From Geosiphon pyriformis uo1 (taxonomy: Eukaryota; Fungi; Glomeromycota), in the NCBI GenBank assembly GCA_016748015.1, contig JAAOMT010000034.1, forward strand, positions 310,001-374,000: 64,000 bases of DNA, given 5' to 3'. Below the pieces are notes generated by a model. That model did not search any database, had not been told where the DNA came from, and worked only from the letters and a program-made list of their open reading frames with translations. Below, in pieces: positions 35,762 to 49,770 of the stretch (within the stretch, counting starts at the first letter, position 1; each line of letters begins with the position of its first letter). The position numbers were made by a program, and so were the translations under genes.

Positions 35762-37548
35762 TGAGAAGAAAAAGAATTTGAACCCGCACCAAAACTGTCC
35801 ATTTTGGCCAAAAGGCCCAGAATGGTTTCCATCAGACATTTCATGCTGTCTTCCAACTTGGATACCAAAGATACATCAAAAAACATCGCTCCCGAAACAA
35901 CCTCACCACTAGTGGCTGCACCTGAACCCTCACTCATCACTATATCTGCTCCTTAATTTTGTGATAAAGGAGTCACCAATGGCTGACATCCAGGGCTTGG
36001 CTGGAAAACTGTTGGCCCAAATGCATCCAACCTCTTAGCCAGCTTACCCACCTGCTTCGCAAGACTGGCGAGACTGCGCTCAAGAGTGACAAACCTATTG
36101 TTGACTTCTGTCAAAACCAGCAGAGATGGCTTCATCTCCAAAGAGGAACCAGATTTTGCTAAAACATTACGTTCAGAGAGAGGGGGAAAAGAAGACTCAC
36201 TAGCAATCTTCGCCCAAGAGAGACCACCAAAAGAGACTGAACAAGCAACTGGAGCTGATTGTTTGGCATATATGGGTGCCAATCTGCTCTTATCTGTGTC
36301 AAACAGGACTCTATGCAAAGACAAACCTGAGGAAACTTTCCCACCAACTGCACAACCCAATGATGTATGGCCTGATTTCTCACACTTGGCACACTTAGCT
36401 GAGACAAGACAAGACCAGCATAGATTGGTGCTCCTCAATACTGGCATGGTTCCCACGATGGCATCCAATGACTCAGCAGAATCAAAACAGATGACAGCAC
36501 ACTTAGCCCTAGCATATGTAATCAGATGACAATCGATGACACACATCTTTCCACCCACTGAACCAATAAAATCCCAGATGTCATGAGCAGTCATTCCCAT
36601 TGGCAGAGTATAGAGCAGTGCCCTATGCTGGTCTCTTGCATCCCATAATTCTTTGTCCAAATCCGATCTAGCTACCTGCACAGCATCCTTCCTGATTAAG
36701 ATTGACCACTTTGCCATGACCAAATTGGCATGACTTGATTGCTCAAACTCTACTACAGTCTTCTGCTATAGCCCTACCAATTGCATCTTAATCGACTTAA
36801 TTATCCCAAACTCGGAGAGTGCAGCGTGCACAGCCTCAGCTGATGTTCCAACCAGAATTTCTTTTAACACCACAGCCCAATTTGAGTGACCAGCAGATTT
36901 CTTAAAATTAGTGTTTACCATAATTTTCGTATCCTCAGCCTTTTTAGAAGCCTGCGCCAAGCTCGATTCAGACATGAATGTCGCTTTGATGATCCCAGCA
37001 AATTTTGAGGGGGTAGAGGCCTCCTTAAAACCATTGATACCTGAAAATAATTTCCTGACTGCAGAAAGTTTCTCTTGAGAAGATTTACCAGTCACTTTTT
37101 CCAACCCAATATTCAGAGCAAATAACTTATGAACAGAGACATTAACCAGATTTTTCAAAGAAAGAGGAAGTTCCAAATGGCCACCTGACAGAACATCACC
37201 ATCATTATCATCGCCCAGAAAATTAATTTTGCCCAGAAGTTTACTCAAAGCTTGCTTAGTAACTACCTTGAGCCCTTTTGGTGTTTGGTTAACATCTCTC
37301 CCTTCCAAAAGATCATCTTCTCCATAATCTACACTAGTTTCCTTAATCAAAAACTCCTCTTTCATGTCCATACTGTCAAACTCAGTGGTATTCCCAGTCT
37401 TAGACCCCCAAGAACCACCAATTACTTTATTAGACACAACCATTTTTTGAGCAGCACCATCCTTTAGAACACCACTTTTTCTCTTTTTCCTAGAAGCAAT
37501 GTTCTTACTAACAGTATCAGCACTAAAGCCCTTGGCAGACTCTTTTAT
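35758..37548 (-). pseudogene. LINE-3 ORF1
   Basis: CAKCEKSGHTSLGC knuckle. ATGA overlap with ORF2 at 35758-35761. Confidence 0.88.
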
Positions 37549-37879
37549 TACAGCAACACTGGGACCAACAATAGTCTCGTAATCAAGCAGAAAAGGTTTA
37601 GATTTATTGTACTGAATTGCAAAAAACTTCTTTTCAAAAAACTTATGGTTCTTTTTTAGGAATTTGGGATGAAAAAAAGAAAGAAGTTTTTTTTTATTAT
37701 TTTTTTTAAAAAATAATGTTTTTTAATATAAAAAATAAGCCAAATAATAAAAATAGCAGTGTTTTTTTAGTTAATAATAATTATAAATCTAATAAAAATG
37801 TAAAATTTTTTAAAATTTATTTTAAATACTTTTAATATTAAATAAATAAATATTAATATAATAAATAATTTTTTTTTAT

Positions 37880-39230
37880 TTTTTTATTTTTGACACTAAT
37901 AATAAAAAGATGTTTTTTTTAATATTTTTTTAGATAAAAAATAAATTAATTTAAAAATTGTAAAAACATTGATAAAAATTTTAGTTAAAAAATTTTATGC
38001 TTTAAATATTGATTTTTTAGTAATTAAAAACAAGTTAATTATAACAAAAGTACAAATTATTAAAAAAAAAATTTTATCAATAAATAAATTTAAAATACTA
38101 TTATTTTTTCAAAATTTGAAAGAATTATCTATTTAAATTTTACACTAAAAAAAATTTAAATAGAATTATAGTTTTAATTATTAAAAAAAAATTAAAATAA
38201 ACAGTAATATTAAAAAACAAAAAGTTTTTCAGATCAGATTATAATTATTAAAAATATTTTTATAAATATATTAAAAAAAATAATTATTTTAGTTTTGTTT
38301 AAATTTGGTTAAGTATTAATTTAATTACAACTTATTAAATTATAACAAAAAGCTGTAATAAATTTTATTAAATTAAGCCAAGCAAATTTTTTACCATTTA
38401 AGTAATTATTTTTTAAAAAAAAATTTAATATAAGTGGTTAAAACTATTAAAAACCAGATTATTTGGTTGTTTAAAAATTATTTTAAAGCATTTTTGTTTA
38501 TTCTGCTTGTAAAAATAAATATTTATAATCTTAATATATTATTAAAAAAAATTAATAAAAAAACATGTATTATTAATTATTTATTTAATATTAGTGTTAA
38601 AAGTTTGCTATATAATTATATATTTTGAATCTAAAAATACTATGAAATTAACTTATTATACAATTTTGATGTTAATAATATAAATTTTTTTTGGACTAAA
38701 TTAAATTTAATTTGTTGTAAAAAATATAAATATTTTAAATATTTTGTTTTAAAATATAATTTTTTTAAGATTATTGTTTTTTTTTCTAAAATATATTATA
38801 TAATAAAAAACTTTTTTTAATAAAAACTACTTTTAAATAATTTATTTTTATGCCAAAAAAAATTTTATTTTATAACTACTTATTTTGAAAATAAATTATA
38901 AATTTAAGTAATATTGTTAATTTTTATTTTAAAAATTTATTAATTTGAATATTCTAATTCTTTTTTATTTGGTTTAATTTTGCTTGATTTAAGTATATTT
39001 TTTTTCAATATTTTTTTAAAAGTAATTACTTTTTTATTTTTAAAAAATTATTGGATTTTTTAACAGATTAAGTTTTTAAAATTTTTTGTTAATTGAATTT
39101 TTTATTGTTAGTTTTTTTTGTTTTTATATTGTTTTTTATTATATTAGTTGTTTTAATTATAAGCTTAAATTTAAATATAATTATAAATAATATAAATATA
39201 TTATTTCTTTTATTTGTTAATAAAATTAGT
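37880..39230 (+). mobile_element. Extremely decayed LINE ORF1 relic
   Basis: Residual motifs (ALNID ~37997, LLVKINIYNL..KKTCIIN ~38500) in almost pure A/T DNA. Bounds approximate. Confidence 0.55.
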
Positions 39231-39299
39231 AATCTTTTACTCTAAAAACTATTATATTTTTATTAAAAATTTATCTTAAATAAACATAAAACAACTAGA

Positions 39300-42200
39300 A
39301 TTACAGCAATAAAAACAGTTTAAACAATTTATTATAAAATATACAAATATATTTGCAAAAAACAATAACAATTTTAGAAAAATTTTGGTTACTACCAAAT
39401 TTACATTAAAAATACCAACCAAAATACTAACAAACTTATTAAGTTTTACTTACTAATTATTAATTTATTAAAAAAAAATACAACAGATATTTAAAAATAG
39501 ACTTATTCAATTATCAATAAATCTATAAATTTTATTAATTATTTTCATTAAAAAAAATTAGAAAAATACAATTTTGTGTTAACTATTGTTAATTAAATAA
39601 TATTATAATTAAAAATACTTATCTTTTATTATAAATTAATAACATATTAAATACTTTTAACAAATTTAAATATTTTTTAACATTAAATCTGAAAAGTAGA
39701 TACTAAAAAGTAATAATAAATTTAAAAAACTAACTAAAAACAGTTTTTATTATTCAAAAAAAACTATAAATTTAATATAATGTCTTTTAAATTATATAAT
39801 ATACAACAATATTTTAATAATTTATGAATATTGTTTATATTGGCTTTTTATAACAATTGGTAATTATTTATTTTGACAATAGTAATGTTTATTCATTATT
39901 ATTAAAACTTATTTAGTTTATTTGTAAAAGTTTTTTAATAATTATAAAAAACAAAATTAAAATTAAATATCAAAAAATACTATTTTAAAAAAACAAATTT
40001 GGTTTTTTTTGGTAATATTATCAAAAAAAAAAAGTTAAATTGATTAAAAAAAAATCAATACTATTAAAAATTTTAAAATTTTTTAAAATACTACTAAATT
40101 AAAAAAATTTACAAAATTAATATTTTATTACTTAAAATTTATTAAAAATATTTTTGAAATTGCTAAACTTTTTAACTATTTAGTTAACAAAAATATTAAA
40201 TATTAATAAACTACAAAACAACAAACTGTCTTTAATACTTTCAAAAAAAATTAACAACAGTCTTAATATTAACTTATCTTAATTTTAATAAAAATTTCTA
40301 TTAATTACAAAAACTTTTTATATAGTTTTTAATATTATTTTATTATAATTAAATAATAATAACAAGAAAAAAATGATTGTTTATGTTAACAAATAGAATT
40401 ATTTAGCAACTAAATTAAAAACAACAACTATAATTTGAATTTTATTATTTTAGTTTATATTTTAAATTCAAAAAATTTGATATTATTATTAATAATATTG
40501 AATTTAATTAACTCTAAAACAAAAATTCAAAACTAAATATTAAACAAATTTTTTAAACTAAATTTTTTGTAAATTAAAAATACATTATATATTACAAATT
40601 AAAAAAACAATATATTAATATTAATAAATTTTCAAAAATAAAACAAGATTAAAACAATTAAAAAATTAATCAACCTAATAAATAAACAATAAATTAACAA
40701 TAAATAATAGATTTTAAAAACTACATTAATCTTAAAAACTATTTAAAGATATTTATAATATTAAAAAATTGGTTTTTAAGTAAGAAACATTAATTATAAT
40801 AATAAATAAAATAATATTTCTTATACAATAATACTATTTATTACCAAAATTACAAAAACTCAAATAACTTATACAAAATAATTTAAAAACATAAAAAAAA
40901 CAATTTTATATAATATGTATTCAAATTAATTATCAACATATTTTAAAAAAACAGCATAATTCAAAAAACATTAGAATTTTATTATTAGTTTAAAATAAAA
41001 AAATATTTATTAATATGTTAAGTTTTGTAATAATTGTCAAAAAAAAAAGAATTACATTTTACTAAACTCTTAAATCCAATTAAAATTTTATAGTTTTTTA
41101 ATTAAGTTAATATTAATTTAATTAAACTATTACTTAATAAAATTAATATATTATAATTACTATATATTATCTAATAAAATAATCCAAAACAAAAACAATT
41201 TAATAAGCAAATACAAAATTAATAACAAATTTTATTTATAAAAACATTATTTGTAAATATAAATATTCAATTAAACTTTTATTTAATCAAAAAACATATT
41301 TTATAAACAATTTAATACAAAAAATTTGTAAAAAATTCAATATTAAAAAACTTTTATTTTTATTTTATTATTTACAAACAAAAAAAAAACTCTTTATTTC
41401 CTTAATTTTATGACTACAACTAGAGTGAAAAGTAAAAAAGCTGTATTTGATATCTGTCTTGAAATATCTAATAAAATTTCAACCAGAAGAGCTCTTTCTG
41501 TTGTAGAAGCAACTAAACAGAATATTTTAAAAGCCTTTCTTTTACTTAATAATCGTGAAAAGCTGCTTTTGGTAACTATTAAATCAACTTTCTCATCTTT
41601 GACTGGTTTTTCCCCAGTCAAAGTCCCCTTAAAGAGACATACTTGAGTTAGTTTTAGTGTTGTTTCCATTCTTAATAAAAGCCCAAAAGTGTTTAATAAT
41701 AGACTAGTTAACAAACTGGTATTTTCTTTCATAGCTTTAACATCTGGTACTGCTAATACCTTCTCTTTAAAAAAATGATCAAAAAGACCAAAAGTTTAAA
41801 AAAGTGGAGGCAGTCACTTGCCTCTACTATTGTTACACCGAACCTCTTTGTGGTTCTCAATAAGATCTTAAATAAGATTTTCATAGCATCATCTGGCACA
41901 TTATCTAAGATGGGCCAAGATTAACCACTGGCTGTATTGTTAAATGTGGTGTCTTCTAACAGATCTTCATTAGTTTTAAAAGCAAAACAATCTCCTTCTG
42001 TTGGGTTATCTGTTCTTAAGAACTGGGCTAATCAAATGGAAACTGAATTATCTTCTCCTTTAGTTTCTGGTGCTATTTTTGGTGGTGCTTGAAAAACTAT
42101 TATTAGTTGTCAAAGATTTACTGGGTGGATGGCCTCTACTCTGGTGTTTAATGCTATTTTTAAAATCAAATTGGTTCATGTTAAGGTTGTTTTTCAGTCT

Positions 42201-44400
42201 GTACATAGTTTTTTGGGTGCAAAATCAGTATTAAAAGACAATATGAAGCTGTTTTATATAGAGTTTGCTTCTCAAGTGTCTTTGGAAGCTGTATTTTTGG
42301 TTGAGCTTACAAGCTCTGTACATTTGGCCACCCTCAAAATTGCCAAGTCTTTGGTAATTTCTGAGTATAATTCTTCTTCTGCTGCTGTTGTATTGCATGA
42401 TGTGCCCTTGGGTGTGTTTGTTGCTAATATTAATACAGTTCTCAATGTGTTTAGTAGTATTACTTGTGTTGTGCTAAAGCCTGTTGACATTTGGCAGTAT
42501 GTAGTGATTTATTTTGAAAAGTTGAACTTTGCTGTGTCTGCTTTGAATCATTGGTTAGTCTTGGTGGGCAAGGATAATATTAGAATCCTCCTTCTAGTAA
42601 ATCAAAATAAGACTATTTTGTCTCATGATAAGTTTAAGGCCAAGTTAATCAATCTTTCTTTTAGATGTACAGCTTTTAAGATTAGTGATATAATTTTTCA
42701 AGTTGGTAGTTGAACATGTTTTATTCTTTGTTTTCTTAAGTCTGGTCATTATTCCCAGTTTGCTCTGATTATATTTGATTCCCAAGCTGATTTGGACTCT
42801 GCTATTGTTAAGACTGGTACACTGAGAAAATGCCATATTTGATGAAAAACTCCTGGTTGTTAGCATTGTTTCAAGTGTTAAGAGCTGGACTATCTGGCTG
42901 CAAACTGTAAGATTTCTCTGCCTCCTCTTCCCAAGTTTTCCAAGATGTTTACATCATGTTTTGTTAGTTCTAAGTCTTATGTCAAGACTTCTGTTTTTTT
43001 GGGCTCCTCTAAATTTCCATTTCTATTATCTCTTGTCTTTTCTCTAGTTGTTGTTGATAATCTTTTGGTGCTGTTCCAATTGTCTTTTTTGAAATCTGAT
43101 TTAACTAAGCTTTCTGCTTTGGTTGAGTCTATTGTTAAGCCTATTGGCTCTTTGGTTGCAATTTTTGAACAGTTTATTAATGGTGATTTGGTTTTAAGTA
43201 GTGCTCTTGGTCTTAGGATCAATAAAGTTTTGGTGCATATGAGTTTCTTTAGTAGGACTGTTAATAAGTTGAAAAGAGAAGTGGTTTCTTTAAAAAAAAA
43301 ATAATGCATGAAAGACATTGATATATCTAATGATTCAAAGCTTCTGCCTGTTGTGAATAATGAAATGTTTTCCAACTTAATGTCTCTTTGAGAACATAAG
43401 TTTGTTAATGTTAAAACTAATCCTTTTAAAACTGCCAAATGGCTAATTAGTTTGGTTTCTTGCAATGCAACTTTGTTTTCTGTCATTCAAAAGATATCAT
43501 CTTTGGATAAGTTTTTTCTGTAACATTAGCATAATATGTTCTTGACTGGTCTGAGTAGCTGGTCACATGTAAAAAATGTATGATTAGCACCTAGTTTAGA
43601 TCACTTAGTTTGATGTATTATTCTAGGTGGCTTTTAAGTCTTGCTCATTAAACTCTAATAAAAAAACAAACAAATAAATTTGTAAAATGTTTTAATAAAA
43701 CACTTTGTAAATTATTAATTAAAATTTTAACTAATTTTGAGCAAGAATAAAATATTTTTATTTTATTAATATTATTAATATATAAAATACTAAAACAAAA
43801 TAAAATAAAACATATACTACTTAATTTAATTCATAAAAAAACAGCAAATTACTAGTTAATTTTATAGTAAAAACTTATCTAGTTTAACCAATTATAAAAA
43901 AAATTTCTAAAAAATACTTTAATAAAAAACATATATATTTTTTAGTATATTAAAAAAAAATGCCAAATTATAACTATTTATATAAAACTTTAAAGCTTAA
44001 CAAAAAAAATAATATAACAGTAAACTGTTATTTATTATTAATAAATTTATAATTAAAATAAAATTTTTTATTTAAAATTAAAACTAAAAACCAATAGAAT
44101 AAAAAATTTAATTATAAATAAGATAAAATATTTTATATATCTAAAATTTTAAAAAATAAATTATATAAGTTAAAACTTAATAAGATTTTAAAAAATATTA
44201 TACATAATAACAGACTAAAATATTATTCAAAAACCAATTTTAAATTTTTAATTCCATAAATTAATATATAATTTTTCTTAATTAATCAAGAAATATTCTT
44301 TAAGACTTAAAACCAATAGTTATTATTAAATAATTTTTAAATCTAAATATTTAATATTTAAGTTTATTTTATAATTTATTCATATATTTTAATAGAAAAA
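39300..44400 (+). mobile_element. Extremely decayed Gypsy pol relic (RT-RH-IN), interrupted by ORF1-only copy C
   Basis: FCVNY (FCVDY) at ~39573. Integrase YLQT|NKFVKCFNKTLC (YPQTNGLVERFNKTLC) reconstructed across 41374/43674. Bounds approximate. Confidence 0.7.
41383..43665 (+). mobile_element. ORF1-only non-autonomous element (HAL1-like), copy C, best preserved
   Basis: ATG 41410, ~700-codon ORF1-like frame to ~43522 with CFKC*ELDYLAANC knuckle, LINE 3' tail 43540-43657, A-tail, TSD ACAAACAAA at 41374-41382 and 43666-43674. Confidence 0.88.
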
Positions 44401-46361
44401 ATTTTATAAAAACAAATTAAAATACACAAAAAATAACAAAATAAAAATAATATAAAAATCTTATATATTAAAAATAATATATATTTTTCTATTTTAATTA
44501 ATTTTTATAATAATTATTTTTAAAATATTTAATAACTATCTTAAAAATTAATATTAACTTTAAAACCACTTTTTAAATTATCAATAATAATTATTAAAAA
44601 ACAAATTAATTATGTTCAAACAAACTTATTATAATTTTAGTAATAAATACACAAAATTATTATTTTTATAAAAAAAAACATAAGAAATTATTCTGAAATT
44701 TACTTATCAAAACTTTTAAAACAAGTTTTAAAAAAAATTTATTGTTTATTTCTATTAATATTTTTCCAAATATTACAATTTAACAAAAATTTTAATAGTA
44801 TTTTAATAAATAAAATAACAAATACTTCCTAATTTATAGATATTTTTACATTAAAAAAATATTACATAAAAAAAACTAAAACTTAAAACAATAAATTTTA
44901 TATTCAAAGTTATTTAAAAACAAATACACAATAAATTTAAGACAACAACTAGATTAACAAATATTTATTACAAAATTAAAGTAGTTTTTAAACTCTATAA
45001 CATATTTTATATTTTTAAAAATATTCTATAAAATCTAATTTTACAATTTTAAAAATTTAATATATTAAAAAAGACACAAAAATAAAATTTTAACAATTTT
45101 TAAACCAAATTTTTTCAATAATTTTGGATTATTATCTGAAAAATATAGATAATACTTGAATTTTAATAAAACTTAGTCTTAAGAAAAAAATTATATTATT
45201 AACAGAAATTTAAACTATTAATTAAAATAAAATTATTCTTATGATTTCTATTATTAATTAGTATTATTTATAATATTATTTATTATTTTATTAAATTATT
45301 CAAGTTATTATTTAATTAATAATCTAATTTGTATAAAACACAAATATAATTAAATTACAATAATTAAATTATATACTATATAACATATAAAAATTTAATA
45401 AAAAATTTAATAGTTTACTAAAATAATTAATAATTTACAAAAATAAATATAATTTAATGAAATATATTTTTAGTTTGCTAAAATATTAGAAAAAAAAAGT
45501 ATTAAATTATAAAATAGTATTATAATAAATTATAAAAAAAAGTTTTTTTTTTAAAAAATATATCTTAATTTAAAATTATTTTTTATTAAATATCTTAATT
45601 AAAATTATCTTTTTTACAAACTAATTCAATAAAATTTATTTTAAAAACCTAAATTTTTAATTATTATTACTTAGATTTACAAAATTATAAATTAATATTT
45701 TGAAATTGATTAGTTATTAACTTTAATAACTGTTAAAATTTTCAAATTTAGATCTAAAATAATTTTTTTAAACTTATTTTTTATTTTTATTTTTATTTTT
45801 AATTTATTTAGTTTTAGATAGCTTATAATCGAGATTTTTTATAAAAAAATTAACAGCAAAGTAACTATATATTATTTGAAAAACTTATAAATAAAAATTT
45901 TTGTAAAAAAATTAATTTTTATTCCAAAGTAATTATATAAGTAATTAATATAAAACTGGTTATTTTATTATAAGTTTAATAATATATATAATTTAAAATA
46001 TAAAAAAATATTTAAAAGAAAAATTAGCTTATTAAAAATTTAATAATTTTTATTAACAAAAAAATTAACAATTAATATTAATAATAACAAAAAAAAAAAA
46101 AAAAAAATCTTCAAAAACAATTTAAAATTAAAAAATATAAATAATTTTTTAGATATTATATTAATATTAAATTTGTAATTAAAACAGACTAAGTAAAAAT
46201 CAAACCAGTCTTATATTTTATTTAATTATTAATATTTTTGTTAATAATACTATCTAAATAAAAAACTATTTAATATATTTTTAATATTGCTAATGAATTT
46301 TTTAAAATTAATAATACTATTAATTAATATTAATAAAACAGTAATTATTCTAATTAATTAT

Positions 46362-47301
46362 TATTACTCATAGAAAATTACAAAGAAAAAAAACTAAAAA
46401 AACAGATAAGAAAATAGACTAATAAAAGAATAATACTTAACACATGAACATAATATCAAAAAATATAACATATTGTTTACCAATATGCACATTACTAGTA
46501 AATTATAACACACTATTCAACAATGTGAACAATATCAGTAAATTAGAACATACTGTTTAGCAATATAAGCAATGTTAGTAAATTAGAATATATTGCTTAA
46601 GAAAATATAAGATCTTGTAAAACAAAAAATATATATATATAGTAAAAGTATTAAAAACAGAAAAAGCAGAATTTAATTTAGTATTAATACTCACAATACA
46701 TTAATTATCTCTTATTTCTTCTTTTAAAAGATAGTTTTTTACAACTTAAAATGAAATTTAATTACATATTAATAAAATATTAATTATCACTTAAATTTAT
46801 GTTATTGTTGTTTAATTAAGAAAATTTTCATTATTCTCACTCTATCAATACTTTATATTGATAAAATTCAATATTTAAATACACTGAACCAATAGCTTTT
46901 GATCATGACTATTGACAAGATACTAATTTTTATTTTTATTTTAAATTTTTTTGTATCTTTTTTTTGTTGTTTTGTTGATTTACTAACTGATTAAAAAGAC
47001 TAAGCATTGAATAATTTGACATTAAAAATAGTCTGGTAAAAAATCCAGAAATAATAGAGAACTTGAAAATTAAAAATAGCTTACTAGAAGAACACAACTG
47101 CCAGAATAAACTGGTTACTATATTGAAAAAAAATTTAACAAAATAACTATTCTAAAAGACTATTGAAACAATTATTAAATATCTGTTTATTATATAAAAG
47201 ACTCAATCAAAACCTTCAGATATTACCAACACTATCTAGTTATTGAACACCAGTTATGAATTTGTTATTTGTTTTCATACTCCAGATAATTATTTGTAAT
47301 A
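46362..47301 (+). mobile_element. Solo LTR related to the Gypsy LTR at 19218
   Basis: TATTACTCATA...TTTGTAATA, colinear with the 5' LTR but with more U3 repeats. Flanks TTAT/CTAT (4-bp TSD with one transition). Confidence 0.85.
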
Positions 47302-47823
47302 CTATTAAATTATTAGTATTTTTTTGTTTATTAATAACTTACAAATTAATAATTGTTAAAAAATAACAATTATACAAATATTTTAATATATTTTTGTTTA
47401 TAAACAATTTTTTTAAGCCTGGTTTATTTAAAATTTATTTTAATATTAAGTTTTTTGTTAATATAATTTGAAAAAAATAATTTTTAATAAATAATTTTTA
47501 TATTTAATTTTTATTATATTATAATTAATAATAAATAACAAAACTTAATTCAGTTTTATTTTTAAAAATAAAATATATTAATTTAAAAAAACTTAAAATT
47601 TAAAATTAATCTCTTAAATACTTTTCAAATAAGATTTTATAATATTTTTTTTGTGTAATCTAAAATTTTTTGAACAAATTTAAATTAAAAATAAAAAAAA
47701 TCTTTCTCTCATCGATTTTTTGGCCACTATGAAAGCAAAAGAATTTATAGAAGAAATTGCTTTACTTTATTCCTTTTTTCTTAGTACATTCAAGTTATTT
47801 TTTCTAACACAACCCCTTTTGTC

Positions 47824-49770
47824 ATGATGAAACCAATAGGCTTGTTTGCTGGTGGTTCTGGCTCAGTTTTGGCTGGTTTGGGAACCTGCCTGAATACTAA
47901 AAAGAATTGCTTAGATACTGTCTACTCCTATAATGCATCATACAAGAAAACAAGGAAAACCATAGCTGGCAATGTAGTTGATTTGTCTGTAGATTCTCTG
48001 AGCTTGGGAGATATTGGTGGTGTTGGCATTGAGCCTGTGATGTCTTGGGGCAGCAAAGTTAATAGTGTCACTGACAGTGTAAGCAAACTCTTAAATGTCA
48101 AAAATATGGTAAACATGGTAGCTGAAGAAACCAGCTATGCGGAATCAGATGAAAACAATGATATAGATGAGACTACATCAAGAAAAACTCACACCCATAC
48201 ATACATGTTGGGAAACCTGCCAAAGCAGCCCTTATTCAACTATATGAGTGATAATGATAGTGAACAAGTACTTTTTTTTCGTGTGGTTTTGGGATTTAAT
48301 AAGCTGCTGCTGCTTAAATCACATGCCCCAAAGAAACAGAGTTTCAATTTGTCGAAATCTTTTATACTTGACATTGAACTTTTAGCTGTGTCTGATAAGA
48401 CAATTGGTGATAAGTTGATTTGTGTAAAAAAAATTTTTTATCGTGTGAATGGTTTTGGGGGAGCCTCTACTCCCTCAAAATTTCTAGGTATTATCAGATC
48501 ATCTTTTACTTTGGAATCTAGTTTAAAAAAGGCAAAAAAATTGGCTATTAGTGAGAAAATTCTGGTTAATGATGAGATAAGGAAAGTAAACAGTCGTTCA
48601 GATCAGGAAGTGATCATTAAGGAGATTCCAGTTGATTTTCCCAAATTGGCTGTGGAATCTGTGTTTTCTAAGTTTGGAAGGATTGTGTCAATCAAGATGT
48701 AATTGATTGGCCTGTGGCAAAAAGCTTTGGTTGAATATGAATCATCTGAAATTGCTGAGTTGGTCGCAGTTAATTAGTCTGTCTCTATAGAAAAAAATTC
48801 TGTTCAGGTAGTAAAAACTGTTGGTAATAAACAATTATGGATTTCAAGAGATCAGCATAGGACTTTGCTTTATACTTTGCCAGTTGGCATTACTGTTCAC
48901 AATTTGTCTAGTTTATTGGATTTATATGGTAGAAAAACCTGTTTTATTGGCCATAATTCTAATTCTTATGTACATGACAAATGTGCTGTGGTTTGTTTTG
49001 CTGATGAAGCATCCAAGTTAGCTGTTATTGGTTCTGTTCCAGTTTTTAAGGGTGTGAATTTGCAATGAACTGGTCTTTCTCTGGCTTGTTGTGCCAAATG
49101 TAAACAATTTGGTCATATCTCTAATGTGTATTCAGTTGGTGGAAATTTTAGTGGGAGTAGAAAGCAGGTGGTAACTGATCAAGATCGGGTCTATTTGGCT
49201 GGTATTTATAAAAAGAAACAGGCTCCTATTGCCTGTCCAGTTTCTTTTGGTGGCAAAACTTGGGCTTAAGTAGCTGGTGGTTTCTCTTTTTGTGTGGCCC
49301 CCTTAGTTCCTTTTAGTATTAGTCTGTTCCTTGTTGCTGGAACATTTATATTTGCTTCTGTTCTTCTTAGTGACTATGGCTTGTATGGTTGTCTAGTATC
49401 TTTGGAATACTCTCTTAAACTTTTGGCTAACCAGATCTCTGGTATTTTGAAAAAATTGGGTTCCATAGAATTGGTGCCCCCAGTGGTCGCACCTGTTGTT
49501 TTTTCTCCAATGGTTCCTGTGTCTGTGGTCTCTAGTTTGGATATAAATATGGTTTTAGATAGTGCTTCAGTGATTTTTGCCTCTTCTTCTCAGGTCATCA
49601 ATAATACAACAACTGGCTTAAGTTCGAGCAGTTTTAAGGTTTTGACCACCAAGATTGGTGGTTTGGAATTCAAGATGATGGCTTTGAAAGTTTTGGTTGA
49701 GTCTATTTTGGATAAATTGGACCATTTGTGTTCAGGTTTGGGTACATTGGCTCCCTCTACTTCTTAATAA
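47824..49770 (+). pseudogene. LINE-4 ORF1
   Basis: MMKPIGLFAGGSG start, NGFGGASTPSKF, CAKCKQFGHISNVY (decayed CCHC). Confidence 0.85.

Larger units (their letters stand above)
30964..37707 (-). mobile_element. LINE-3 of window: full-length, inactivated
   Basis: Poly(T) 30964-30975, 3' tail, ORF2 31100-35761, ORF1 35758-37548, 5' UTR to ~37686 followed by a T-rich tract. Confidence 0.93.
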
